DNA from: Cylindrospermopsis raciborskii Cr2010
Lineage (GTDB): Bacteria > Cyanobacteriota > Cyanobacteriia > Cyanobacteriales > Nostocaceae
Assembly: GCF_003367075.2 (NCBI RefSeq)
Contig: NZ_CP065936.1
Location: forward strand, 450,001-482,000
Direction: 5' to 3'
Length of the DNA: 32,000 nucleotides
The position numbers were made by a program, and so were the translations under genes. The notes beneath the pieces were generated by a model. The model searched no databases. It saw nothing but the letters and a program-made list of their open reading frames with translations, and had not been told where the DNA came from. Position 1 is the stretch's first letter. The number at the start of each line of letters is the position of its first letter. Of the stretch, positions 17,903 through 26,552 are shown one piece after another.

Positions 17903-18226
17903 TTAACTCGTAATCAGTTCACAAGTTATAGAAACTTTATCTGGCAAATATCCCCATTTCTCAAATTGTGCCTGCAATTCCGGTAGATGACGAAATGCAA
18001 GAAAATATAGATATTCAGGTGCAAAGTCCGCTCCATTTGACCAACGTATTGTCTTCGACTGGGGATCAACTTCAAACTGCTGAAAGATATCCAGGTTTTG
18101 CAGGGGCTTAAACACTTTGCCATTTAAGCTATCGCCTAAGTCAACGATCCCACTGCGATTGTCATTAAACTTAATTTTAATCTTGTAGCCATCGAGATGC
18201 TCAGCAGAAACAATGTGTAAGAACAT
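17903..18226 (-). CDS. DUF2442-like small protein
   Basis: HIVSAEHLDGYKIKIKFNDNRSGIVDL...IRWSNGADFAPEYLY is a typical DUF2442 pattern. It lies 4 nt downstream of a DUF4160-like remnant. Confidence 0.6.
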   Translation of the reverse strand: MFLHIVSAEHLDGYKIKIKFNDNRSGIVDLGDSLNGKVFKPLQNLDIFQQFEVDPQSKTIRWSNGADFAPEYLYFLAFRHLPELQAQFEKWGYLPDKVSITCELITS

Positions 18227-18230
18227 ATGT

Positions 18231-18446
18231 TTATTCCAAAGGAGCGATATGATTCGGTTGATCTTGCCGTCGGCAAAGTTGCCAATTGGTCAGCAACTCA
18301 GATTGATGTAAATCATGCCATTCCAAAACATGACGCAATGCACGTTTTGGAAAGGATCCACTTACCACACCCGTATTGATTTCAATCTCGCACTTAAAAC
18401 GGCAAATTCCTTCCTTGACGCCCTGCTGCCATACCTGTATACTCTG
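18231..18446 (-). pseudogene. DUF4160-like gene remnant (C-terminal 71 codons readable; N-terminus degraded and cut by IS1)
   Basis: My translation is ...CEIEINTGVVSGSFPKRALRHVLEWHDLHQSELLTNWQLCRRQDQPNHIAPLE*, which resembles DUF4160 C-termini. Stops (tag, tga tga) lie upstream in the frame, and the IS1 end is at 18518. Confidence 0.5.
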
Positions 18447-18517
18447 GAACTATTTTTCCAAGTATCATCAGTAACTTCCCTATATCCTGTCTTCTAGCAG
18501 CCAGAAATAGTAAATCC

Positions 18518-19273
18518 GGCGTTGCATATTTGCGGGATGAATCAACTAAACGCGGGTATTACTTCATACTTTAAATAGTGAAGTAATAATTTAATTGAAT
18601 ACCTAAGCATATCTACAGATTTTGAATAGCATAGCGTTTTTCTATGTAGTCGCGCTAAGTAGTGACGTAAACGTGTATTTTCACCCTCTACCCTAGTCAT
18701 ATATGTTTTGCTCACAATATGATCCTCTGGCTGAATAAAACTCGGATAAACCCTCCACCCATCAGTAACATAAAAAAAGCATTGCCAGAGTTTAACGATG
18801 TCCCACAAAGGTTGAAATGCTTGTGAGCTGTGGTCTCCCACAACCCAAGCCAGGATATTTTTACGGAAGTGATTTACTGCTGTCCACAACCATATTTTGT
18901 TTTTTTTTGATCCCACAAAGGTCTCCAACTCATCAAGCTCACCTACCAAGGGTGTTTCCTCAACTGGTGGAGCATCTGGAAGTATGGAACCAATTTGTTT
19001 TAGCCAGTAAATAATAGTTGTATGATGAACGCCTTTATCGCGTTCAATTGCTCTAAATCCCATACCGTTAACATAAGAGCGCAGGCAACTTTGTTTAACT
19101 TCTTCTGAATAGCCTTTAGGTGGACTATAGACATCGATAAATTGACGACCACAATCAACACAAATGTGATTTTGTTTACCTCGACGTTTGCCATTCTTTC
19201 TGATTTTGGAAGACCCGCAGTTTGGACAATGCACAGTAGATTACCTCAATTCATACCTCTATTATGCAACGCC
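18518..19273 (-). mobile_element. IS1-family insertion sequence, copy 1 (756 bp), without target-site duplication
   Basis: The ends are GGCGTTGCATA...TATGCAACGCC, an 11-bp perfect terminal inverted repeat. It looks identical to copy 2. The flanks gtaaatcc and acgtcgga differ. Confidence 0.9.
18542..19234 (-). CDS. IS1-family transposase (single ORF, 230 aa)
   Basis: N-terminal Zn finger CPNCGS...CVDCGRQF and an HTH (GMGFRAIERDKGVHHTTIIYWLKQ). The DDE region has ELDELETFVG...WLWTAV...YVTDGWRVY. Confidence 0.9.
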   Translation of the reverse strand: MHCPNCGSSKIRKNGKRRGKQNHICVDCGRQFIDVYSPPKGYSEEVKQSCLRSYVNGMGFRAIERDKGVHHTTIIYWLKQIGSILPDAPPVEETPLVGELDELETFVGSKKNKIWLWTAVNHFRKNILAWVVGDHSSQAFQPLWDIVKLWQCFFYVTDGWRVYPSFIQPEDHIVSKTYMTRVEGENTRLRHYLARLHRKTLCYSKSVDMLRYSIKLLLHYLKYEVIPAFS

Positions 19274-19517
19274 ACGTCGGATAACATTTGCAGTACAGCA
19301 GGATATAAAATAGTTTTTCCTCTATACTTCTGAGTGTAGGCTTGCGTCCGCCCCCGGGCGCACGTTTGCGGTTTGCTAAGGAGTTGAACACGGTGCGTTC
19401 ATAGGTATCAGCAAACTGAGATAACAGCTCGTTGAATGCTTGGCGGTTAAGTCCAGTCATTGCTCGTAGCAGTCGCTCTTGATTCAGGACGCGGTCTAAC
19501 TTCAACATTAATGTCAC
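19274..19517 (-). pseudogene. N-terminal 81 codons of an HTH_Tnp_4/DDE_Tnp_4 (IS5-superfamily, Harbinger-like) transposase, truncated by IS1
   Basis: MTGLNRQAFNELLSQFADTYE...RKRAPGGGRKPTLRSIEEKLFYILLYCKCYPT is the typical N-terminal HTH region. The reading frame runs into the IS1 end at 19273. Confidence 0.65.
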
Positions 19518-19537
19518 CCTACTTGTCTGCTTGATTA

Positions 19538-20263
19538 TTATCCCTTATTTTCCAACAACTCTATTCCTCCTGCATATCTTCCCGCAGCTCCCTTTCCTTT
19601 AATTCCCCTCAAGCTAGAAAGCAACTGAACTGCCTGGTCTTGAGTAAGTTTATGGGAGATAGTTGCAGCAGTTATTAACAGAGCTGTTCCACCCAGGGCA
19701 AAGTAAGGCGCTAGGACATCGTCACTAGGTATAACTTTGACTACTTTAACAGCTTGCGCTAGGTCCATGTTATTACGTAATTCTACTGCTACTATATGTC
19801 TTACTCCATTCCAGCCCTTGGCTACTTTTACCTCCTTGCTTAAATTAGCTAATGAACTGGCAAATAGACGGGAACTTATTAATTGCTCTGCTGCATAAGC
19901 GGTAGCTATTTCTGATAGCGCTGTATCTACCTCCCTTCTGGTTCTTTCCCCTTTTTTGGCAATGAACCTCAGTATGGCTTCTTTTATCTCTGTAATGCTT
20001 GTTATTTCACTGTCCTCCCTTAAACTACTCGCGATCGCCTTTAGTTCATCCTGGGGGAGAATAAAACCCAGGTCTTTAGCTACAGTAGATATGGTTTGCT
20101 TTTCTGCTAAGGTAATTTCCTTATTTTGTGATAGCTCTGGAGGCTCGTCTAGAGTAATTACATGGTCTGCTTCTTGGGCAGTTTTTTTCAGGTTCGACCA
20201 ATGAGAGTCAGAAACGCTTTTCCCCAATAAGGATTCATACAATTGTCTTTCTACCGTATACAT
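19538..20263 (-). CDS. Hypothetical protein (241 aa), no recognisable motif
   Basis: A long ORF with no competing frame, divergent from the RHH/rep genes. I recognise no family. Confidence 0.5.
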   Translation of the reverse strand: MYTVERQLYESLLGKSVSDSHWSNLKKTAQEADHVITLDEPPELSQNKEITLAEKQTISTVAKDLGFILPQDELKAIASSLREDSEITSITEIKEAILRFIAKKGERTRREVDTALSEIATAYAAEQLISSRLFASSLANLSKEVKVAKGWNGVRHIVAVELRNNMDLAQAVKVVKVIPSDDVLAPYFALGGTALLITAATISHKLTQDQAVQLLSSLRGIKGKGAAGRYAGGIELLENKG

Positions 20264-20626
20264 AACTGCATAGTCAAATTACTGCATTTTTCAAAGAAGT
20301 AATTTCCACAGCGCTTAATCACCAGCAAGTTTACCAAATGGCGTAAGCGGCAAGAATTACGCAAACCTGGGAACAACTCAAGTTGGGGGAGCATTGTGGG
20401 TTATTTTTACTGTTCAGACTCAGTGCTGATTTCAGTGATTTTGTGCCATTTGCTATCTTTATCCAGATCTCCTGCCCACAGGACTTATGGTAATGCGAAG
20501 GAAACGATATTCAAATACACTAAAACCATTATACACCACACACACCTTATAGTGTCAATAGTGTGTTGAAAATTTAAGGATTGGGTGATATTATCTGGTT
20601 GTCAAGTAATTCAGGTACTTTGAGTA

Positions 20627-20791
20627 ATGGAAGAAAAAGAGCTAGTCCCCATTCGATTCTTTCTTTCTAAGGAAGAAAAATTAGAGTTTAGAAAGATTTG
20701 CTTAGAAGAAAATACAACCATGAAAGACAAAGTAAGAGAAATAATATGTGATTATGTGGAAAATCAAAAAGAGGAGAAAAAGAAAAAATAA
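20627..20791 (+). CDS. Small ribbon-helix-helix (CopG-like) protein, 54 aa (below the ORF-track cutoff)
   Basis: My translation is MEEKELVPIRFFLSKEEKLEFRKICLEENTTMKDKVREIICDYVENQKEEKKKK*. It has a beta-strand then two-helix pattern and sits upstream of the rep-like gene. Confidence 0.5.
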   Translation: MEEKELVPIRFFLSKEEKLEFRKICLEENTTMKDKVREIICDYVENQKEEKKKK

Positions 20792-21208
20792 AATCCCGGG
20801 ATCTACCTGGGGGGATAACCATTTCCTGATTTCAATTAGCTGTATTTTTTATTACAGAAGATGATTTAGTTCTACCATCAGATATATTTATTTCCCACCC
20901 AGGGCATAGATGCTTATAACTTACACAGGGTGACATCTCCGGTATTGGGTAATAGTAGCATTTTATATCGTTAATTCAGCGTAAATACAAATACTAATTC
21001 AGGTAATACCAAATTTCAATAAATAAACCTGTCTTAGTTGCAAATTTATTAGAGAGCATGTATAATAAAAACGGTTAAACAGAAAGAAACCCCCCGGCAA
21101 GGGAGTTTCTCTCCTTTTAACTTATTAACCCCACAGAACATCGTCTCTATTTCTGCCAAGAACCGGTGACTTTGATGACTGTGGAATATTCCCCGGAGGG
21201 CTAATCAC

Positions 21209-24200
21209 ATGACCATAATACACAATTTTTCCTATTCGTGTCAACCTAGTTCACAAAAATTTTCTGAAGTCAAAGACAAGATAGACGACCGGTGCGAAAG
21301 AACTGATAATTTAGATAAGACCGAACTTAAAGAACAAACCTTTAGCTTTCTAACCCGCCTTGGGTTTACTGTAGGAAAAGAACTGTGGATAAAAACTTCT
21401 AAGCGCCAGGTGTTAAGGGCGGTGGTAGGAAAGGGAGAATTAGAAGTATTTCCCCAACGGAAGGTAAGCAAGGTAGAAGATCCGAAAGGTGGTTCTGTGT
21501 GGCGGGATGCTGGTAAATCCTATGGATGGGAGTTCCTATACCAGCTTTCTCAAGAAACTTCCTTATTCTTCTTGCCCAACCATCCTCAAGGTGGGATTGG
21601 CAAGGGACACTGCACCAATTTCTCTAATCTTTTCTTTGAGGTAGATGACCTCCCCCTAGACCAACAGTTCCAAAATATTGAAAATCTAAAGAGTTTAGGT
21701 CTTTTACCGAGCGCAATAGTTTTCTCTGGTGGCAAGTCTTTCCATACATTCCTATCTCTAACAGAAGACCCCGGTCCAGACCTATGGGTTATTTTGCAGA
21801 AAAAATTGATCTGCCTAACTCAGTCAGATCCAGCTATTAAGAACTTAAACCGGGAAATGCGGTTACCAGGGTTCTTTCGCCCGGATAAGGGCAAATATCA
21901 ATCCCTGGTGAGTACGGGGGATAGACGCTATTCTATTAAAGAGATTGAAGATATCTTACAATCCTTTTTTCCCTATGGTTTATCCGATGAGCGGTGGAAT
22001 GATTGGAGACTAGCGGAAAAAGCTGAGAAGAATGGGATTTTATCCATGCCAGAGGAATCACTACCAACTGTGGTGAGCAGGATGGAGAGGCAGAAGCAAC
22101 TGGCAGCCAGAAAACAGTTGGTCTGGGAAGAGGAGAATAATTTAATTGAACTGGTTAATAAAACTGCGGAACAAGCCACCATTGAGGACTTTGAAAAATT
22201 ACATCCCCTGAAAGTAAAGTGGTTTGGCAAAAAGGCTAAAAGTGACTGTCCTTTTCATCAATCACAATCAGGAACAGCTGGTTGGTTTGGAAGCATTGGT
22301 AGCAAGGTAGGTTGGGCTTGTCCCATAGATACTGACAATAGACTTTTAGACCTTTTCCGGTTCTTTTCTAAATTGCGTTACGGCAAAGAAAACCCCACCG
22401 GTAAAGAATGGGTTGACATTGCCAAAGCCTATCTCACGGAAATGGGCATAGCATTTTCCGATTGGAAGCCAGTAAAAAATGGCAGTCTAGCTAAACTAGG
22501 AGAAGAAATTAAGGCCAAGGATATAGAAGATAACCGGGTTGAGGAATCTCAAGACCTATTTGCCTTATTGAAAAAAGCAGGCAAAAGTCTGCGTAAAATA
22601 GCTAAAGGATTTGGTAAAGAAAAATATGTGATATCTAATCCATCACATACAGTAACAAGAAAGAAAATAAATGTAAAAGAAATCAAGAAAGAGATACTAG
22701 ATGCTTATAAAAGTGGTTATAAGAACATAATTGTAAAAACACCTCCCGGCAGTGGAAAAACCCACACAGCAGGCACATTTATGCCTGATGAGCTAAATGT
22801 AAATAAAATTCTTTATGTGACAAATGGGGTGCAAAATCCCACAGTATCAAGTCTGGTTGATTGGTCTCCAGCCACGGCAAGACACGGTGGTCTGAAGTGG
22901 GATACCTCTCAAAAAACTGCTGATGGTAGATATTACCTACGACGAGCCAAAAAGGGAGAAAAGCCGGATATTCAGCCTAATTGCATTGCTAGCGAGGTAT
23001 TTGAGGGTTTGCGACAACAAGAGGTCAATGTAGATAACTCATCTGTTATTTGCGATGGATGTCCCGTATCAGGAACCTGCAAATCTTTTCAAGGATTTCT
23101 CATAGACCGCAAGACTGCATTAGAACAAGACCGAGTGCGTATCCATCCTGAATCAATAGATCCCACCATTTTCGATTCTCATTTACCCATTGGAGCTATT
23201 TGGGATGAAAATATCATCAAGTTTAAAAAAGATATTACTTTCACTGAAACAGACTTAAATGCTACCTTAGGTTTTCTAGCACATAACACAGAAGTATTGG
23301 TAAAATTTCTACCTTTGTTAAATGGAATTAGAGAATTCTTTAAAGAGAAGAGCAGCCCTTACAACGGATATGAAAGGGAAGAAATTCTTGCCCGCCTACC
23401 GGAAGTAACCAGGGAGCATCTAGATTTGGCAACCAACCTTGTCCCCGACCTTTCCTTTTTAGAAAACTTTTTTAATGGAGTGCATGGTAATAGGTCAGCC
23501 AACTTGAGCTTGAGAAAAGAGTCAGTGAAGGAAACTGCTGAAACCATAAATAATATGGGTAAACAGTGGTTATTACCTTTTGTAAGAGCTATTACAGAAA
23601 AAGGATTTTTATACTACAAGAAGGGGGTCTTCACCATTTCTGTACCGGAAGAGAAACACACCAAAATAATGGAAGCTGCCAAAGTTAATATCATATTAGA
23701 TGCTACAGCGGATCCAGAATACATAGTAACAGCATTAAAAATGGAGACGGAAAAGACCATAGTTTTAACATCGGAAGTGGAAACCCCCAATCTGAAAATA
23801 AAAATCCTAACAGGGATGGGGAATTTAAGACCCCAGGGTAAGGAAAGAACTAGCAGCAAACAAAAGAGAGTAGATGCAATAAGAGAAAAATTTCTCACTC
23901 TTTTTCCCGATGGAGTAGTTTTTGAGTATAAATCAGTGGCTCGAGAAGGGGATAGAGTCCACTTTCGAGACAGTAGAGCAAACAACACAGACCAGGAGAA
24001 AAAAGCCTGCTTGTTATTAGGAGTTCCCATCCCTAATCTTGCTGATGCCCGAGCCGCCTGGGAAATTGGGTTGGGTGGGGGAAAAGGATTTGATGATTAC
24101 CTAGGGAGGTTAACTGTAGCGGAGATATGTCAAACCATAGGTAGACTGAGAGCTAGTCGCAGACCCAAAGAGGAGATAATAGTATACATAGCAGGAGATA

Positions 24201-24721
24201 CCAGATTTGACTTGAGTAAAGCCCTCAAAGAGAACTTTAATGGAGCGGAAATAACTACACAAGACGTGGGAGAAATTTGCCCTGAAGCAGGGGATGCCAG
24301 CCATAGGGTTTTAGCGCTGGTTAGCAAGGGAGTAAGAAAACTGATAGAAGAGGGTAAAAAAGTGACTCAACAAAACCTAGCTAAAGTAGCGGGTATAGGA
24401 CAGTCAACCATAGCAGAGAGTATCCCCTGGGGTAAGTTCAAAAAAATATCGGAAATCCTATTAGGGAGATTTAATACAGAATCCGATAAAAAAGAACCTG
24501 AGTTGCTACCGGATGAAAGTTGGTTCATAGACCAGTATTTACCCATACTTATAGAAGAGGAGGTGGGGCCCCAAGAGGTAATTGAAACCTTAGAAAGGGT
24601 GGCACAAACTCCAGAGAAAATAGCCGAAATGTTAAGCCGGCTACCAAAATATTTAAAGCAGGGTATCCTCTGGCTACTTTGTAAGGATTTGGAAGTCCCC
24701 TGGCAGTTGTCACCCTCCTGA
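21209..24721 (+). CDS. Large replication protein: AEP-type primase-polymerase + Zn ribbon + P-loop/SF2-like helicase + C-terminal HTH
   Basis: AEP-like motifs are FFEVDD (21638-21649), FSGGKSFHTF (~21725) and NREMRLPGFF (~21851). A CPFHQSQSGTAGWF...WACP Zn ribbon lies at ~22247. The helicase part has Walker A TPPGSGKTH (~22748), NIILDATAD and motif-VI-like QTIGRLRASRR (~24131). The HTH VTQQNLAKVAGIGQSTIAE lies at ~24361. Confidence 0.65.
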   Translation: MTIIHNFSYSCQPSSQKFSEVKDKIDDRCERTDNLDKTELKEQTFSFLTRLGFTVGKELWIKTSKRQVLRAVVGKGELEVFPQRKVSKVEDPKGGSVWRDAGKSYGWEFLYQLSQETSLFFLPNHPQGGIGKGHCTNFSNLFFEVDDLPLDQQFQNIENLKSLGLLPSAIVFSGGKSFHTFLSLTEDPGPDLWVILQKKLICLTQSDPAIKNLNREMRLPGFFRPDKGKYQSLVSTGDRRYSIKEIEDILQSFFPYGLSDERWNDWRLAEKAEKNGILSMPEESLPTVVSRMERQKQLAARKQLVWEEENNLIELVNKTAEQATIEDFEKLHPLKVKWFGKKAKSDCPFHQSQSGTAGWFGSIGSKVGWACPIDTDNRLLDLFRFFSKLRYGKENPTGKEWVDIAKAYLTEMGIAFSDWKPVKNGSLAKLGEEIKAKDIEDNRVEESQDLFALLKKAGKSLRKIAKGFGKEKYVISNPSHTVTRKKINVKEIKKEILDAYKSGYKNIIVKTPPGSGKTHTAGTFMPDELNVNKILYVTNGVQNPTVSSLVDWSPATARHGGLKWDTSQKTADGRYYLRRAKKGEKPDIQPNCIASEVFEGLRQQEVNVDNSSVICDGCPVSGTCKSFQGFLIDRKTALEQDRVRIHPESIDPTIFDSHLPIGAIWDENIIKFKKDITFTETDLNATLGFLAHNTEVLVKFLPLLNGIREFFKEKSSPYNGYEREEILARLPEVTREHLDLATNLVPDLSFLENFFNGVHGNRSANLSLRKESVKETAETINNMGKQWLLPFVRAITEKGFLYYKKGVFTISVPEEKHTKIMEAAKVNIILDATADPEYIVTALKMETEKTIVLTSEVETPNLKIKILTGMGNLRPQGKERTSSKQKRVDAIREKFLTLFPDGVVFEYKSVAREGDRVHFRDSRANNTDQEKKACLLLGVPIPNLADARAAWEIGLGGGKGFDDYLGRLTVAEICQTIGRLRASRRPKEEIIVYIAGDTRFDLSKALKENFNGAEITTQDVGEICPEAGDASHRVLALVSKGVRKLIEEGKKVTQQNLAKVAGIGQSTIAESIPWGKFKKISEILLGRFNTESDKKEPELLPDESWFIDQYLPILIEEEVGPQEVIETLERVAQTPEKIAEMLSRLPKYLKQGILWLLCKDLEVPWQLSPS

Positions 24722-25115
24722 TCTCTCTTGAGACTAGGACAGGCGTTATTCTATACGGGGTGTAATGCAATCGCACATCTACTATTAATACTGTTCTAGC
24801 GAACCGGTAAAACAACCTGGTTAATTTCCCTTGACCATTCTGACCCACAGGTTAAGTCAGACGAAATTGTGTGCTTTCAGTATAAAAAATTAATACCAGG
24901 TCTTGACTTTGATTTCCCTATGTATTATTATTGCACGCAAAGGTTAGTAAATATGTTATGAAATTGACCTTTTATTCAATCGAGCTACCAAAAAATTTTA
25001 TAGGTATTTCATGACTAAATGTTTTGAATACTGCTGTTATGGGTTACCTGATTTTTTAGTGTAACTACATAAAAATTACTTTGATACAAATAAACTATAC
25101 AAAGATCCAAGACAA

Positions 25116-25352
25116 ATGATAAACCAGGATTTTTCTAATCAAAATCTCAGAGGACGTTCTTTCAAGGGACAAAATCTTGAAGGTGCAAACTTTAGCCATG
25201 CTGATATCAGGGGTGCAAATTTCACTGATTTAAAAAATAGATTACAATCGGCACTAGAAGCAGGAGGATTAGAAGTGCTAAAAGCGATTTTTGATCATCC
25301 ACTCTTTAGTATTCCTGCTGAAACGATAAAAGGTTTTCTTGAAGCTGAATAA
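25116..25352 (+). CDS. Short pentapeptide-repeat protein, possibly a truncated or fused remnant
   Basis: The N-terminal half NQNLRGRSFKGQNLEGANFSHADIRGANFTD is pentapeptide repeats. The C-terminal half is unrelated. Confidence 0.4.
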   Translation: MINQDFSNQNLRGRSFKGQNLEGANFSHADIRGANFTDLKNRLQSALEAGGLEVLKAIFDHPLFSIPAETIKGFLEAE

Positions 25353-25634
25353 TCACTGACTAACTGGTAAAACCTGCTAGTTAATTTCCCTTGAGAAAAA
25401 ACAGGACATGCGTTCTCCCGCAGGGCGTGCTTTGCGATCGCCCGTCGAGAATGTCTCGTGATTACCCACTAAATTTATCACGTCTGTCACTAATCTTAAC
25501 CTTACTGAATCTAAATACAATGGTATAAGCACCATCCCACTTCTAATATATCTTTCGCAGCTTAAACTTTAAGGTAAAACAATTTTGCTGTTATAATTAC
25601 ACCATGAAATGTATAAAAAATAAGGTTTTGATTT

Positions 25635-25772
25635 ATGAATCTTACTGATCTGACAAACAATCTAAATCTGGCGGCACTTTATGAGAATCAAGGGAGATAC
25701 ACAGAAGCAGCATCTATTATTCAACGTGCTCAATCTATTCAAGAAAGGCTACTCAAATCTAATGATTCTTGA
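25635..25772 (+). pseudogene. 45-codon TPR-like fragment
   Basis: MNLTDLTNNLNLAALYENQGRYTEAASIIQRAQSIQERLL resembles a single TPR_12-type repeat. It ends 24 bp before IS1 copy 2. Confidence 0.25.
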
Positions 25773-25796
25773 GTTTTTTAACCTATAAGAAAAATC

Positions 25797-26552
25797 GGCG
25801 TTGCATATTTGCGGGATGAATCAACTAAACGCGGGTATTACTTCATACTTTAAATAGTGAAGTAATAATTTAATTGAATACCTAAGCATATCTACAGATT
25901 TTGAATAGCATAGCGTTTTTCTATGTAGTCGCGCTAAGTAGTGACGTAAACGTGTATTTTCACCCTCTACCCTAGTCATATATGTTTTGCTCACAATATG
26001 ATCCTCTGGCTGAATAAAACTCGGATAAACCCTCCACCCATCAGTAACATAAAAAAAGCATTGCCAGAGTTTAACGATGTCCCACAAAGGTTGAAATGCT
26101 TGTGAGCTGTGGTCTCCCACAACCCAAGCCAGGATATTTTTACGGAAGTGATTTACTGCTGTCCACAACCATATTTTGTTTTTTTTTGATCCCACAAAGG
26201 TCTCCAACTCATCAAGCTCACCTACCAAGGGTGTTTCCTCAACTGGTGGAGCATCTGGAAGTATGGAACCAATTTGTTTTAGCCAGTAAATAATAGTTGT
26301 ATGATGAACGCCTTTATCGCGTTCAATTGCTCTAAATCCCATACCGTTAACATAAGAGCGCAGGCAACTTTGTTTAACTTCTTCTGAATAGCCTTTAGGT
26401 GGACTATAGACATCGATAAATTGACGACCACAATCAACACAAATGTGATTTTGTTTACCTCGACGTTTGCCATTCTTTCTGATTTTGGAAGACCCGCAGT
26501 TTGGACAATGCACAGTAGATTACCTCAATTCATACCTCTATTATGCAACGCC
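25797..26552 (-). mobile_element. IS1-family insertion sequence, copy 2 (756 bp), with an 8-bp target-site duplication
   Basis: It has the same ends as copy 1. GAAAAATC occurs at 25789-25796 and again at 26553-26560, directly abutting both ends. Confidence 0.92.
25821..26513 (-). CDS. IS1-family transposase (identical 230-aa product)
   Basis: The translation in the ORF track is identical to that of 18542-19234. Confidence 0.9.
   Translation of the reverse strand: MHCPNCGSSKIRKNGKRRGKQNHICVDCGRQFIDVYSPPKGYSEEVKQSCLRSYVNGMGFRAIERDKGVHHTTIIYWLKQIGSILPDAPPVEETPLVGELDELETFVGSKKNKIWLWTAVNHFRKNILAWVVGDHSSQAFQPLWDIVKLWQCFFYVTDGWRVYPSFIQPEDHIVSKTYMTRVEGENTRLRHYLARLHRKTLCYSKSVDMLRYSIKLLLHYLKYEVIPAFS

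Noticed and set aside
18542-19234. Expected the classical IS1 insA/insB' two-ORF organisation with a -1 frameshift site
   Set aside because: Both copies encode one uninterrupted 230-aa ORF that includes the Zn finger, the HTH and the DDE region. No frameshift needs to be invoked, so this is a single-ORF IS1-family member.
20792-21208. Iteron-type origin in the AT-rich spacer upstream of the rep-like gene
   Set aside because: By eye I found only weak two-copy motifs (aattcaggta twice, one stem-loop) and no convincing array of three or more direct repeats. It is kept only as a place to test, not as a called feature.
24549-24848. 99-aa ORF on the - strand overlapping the 3' end of the rep-like gene
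   Set aside because: It overlaps a well-supported CDS for most of its length, and the remainder is repeat sequence. No motif is present.
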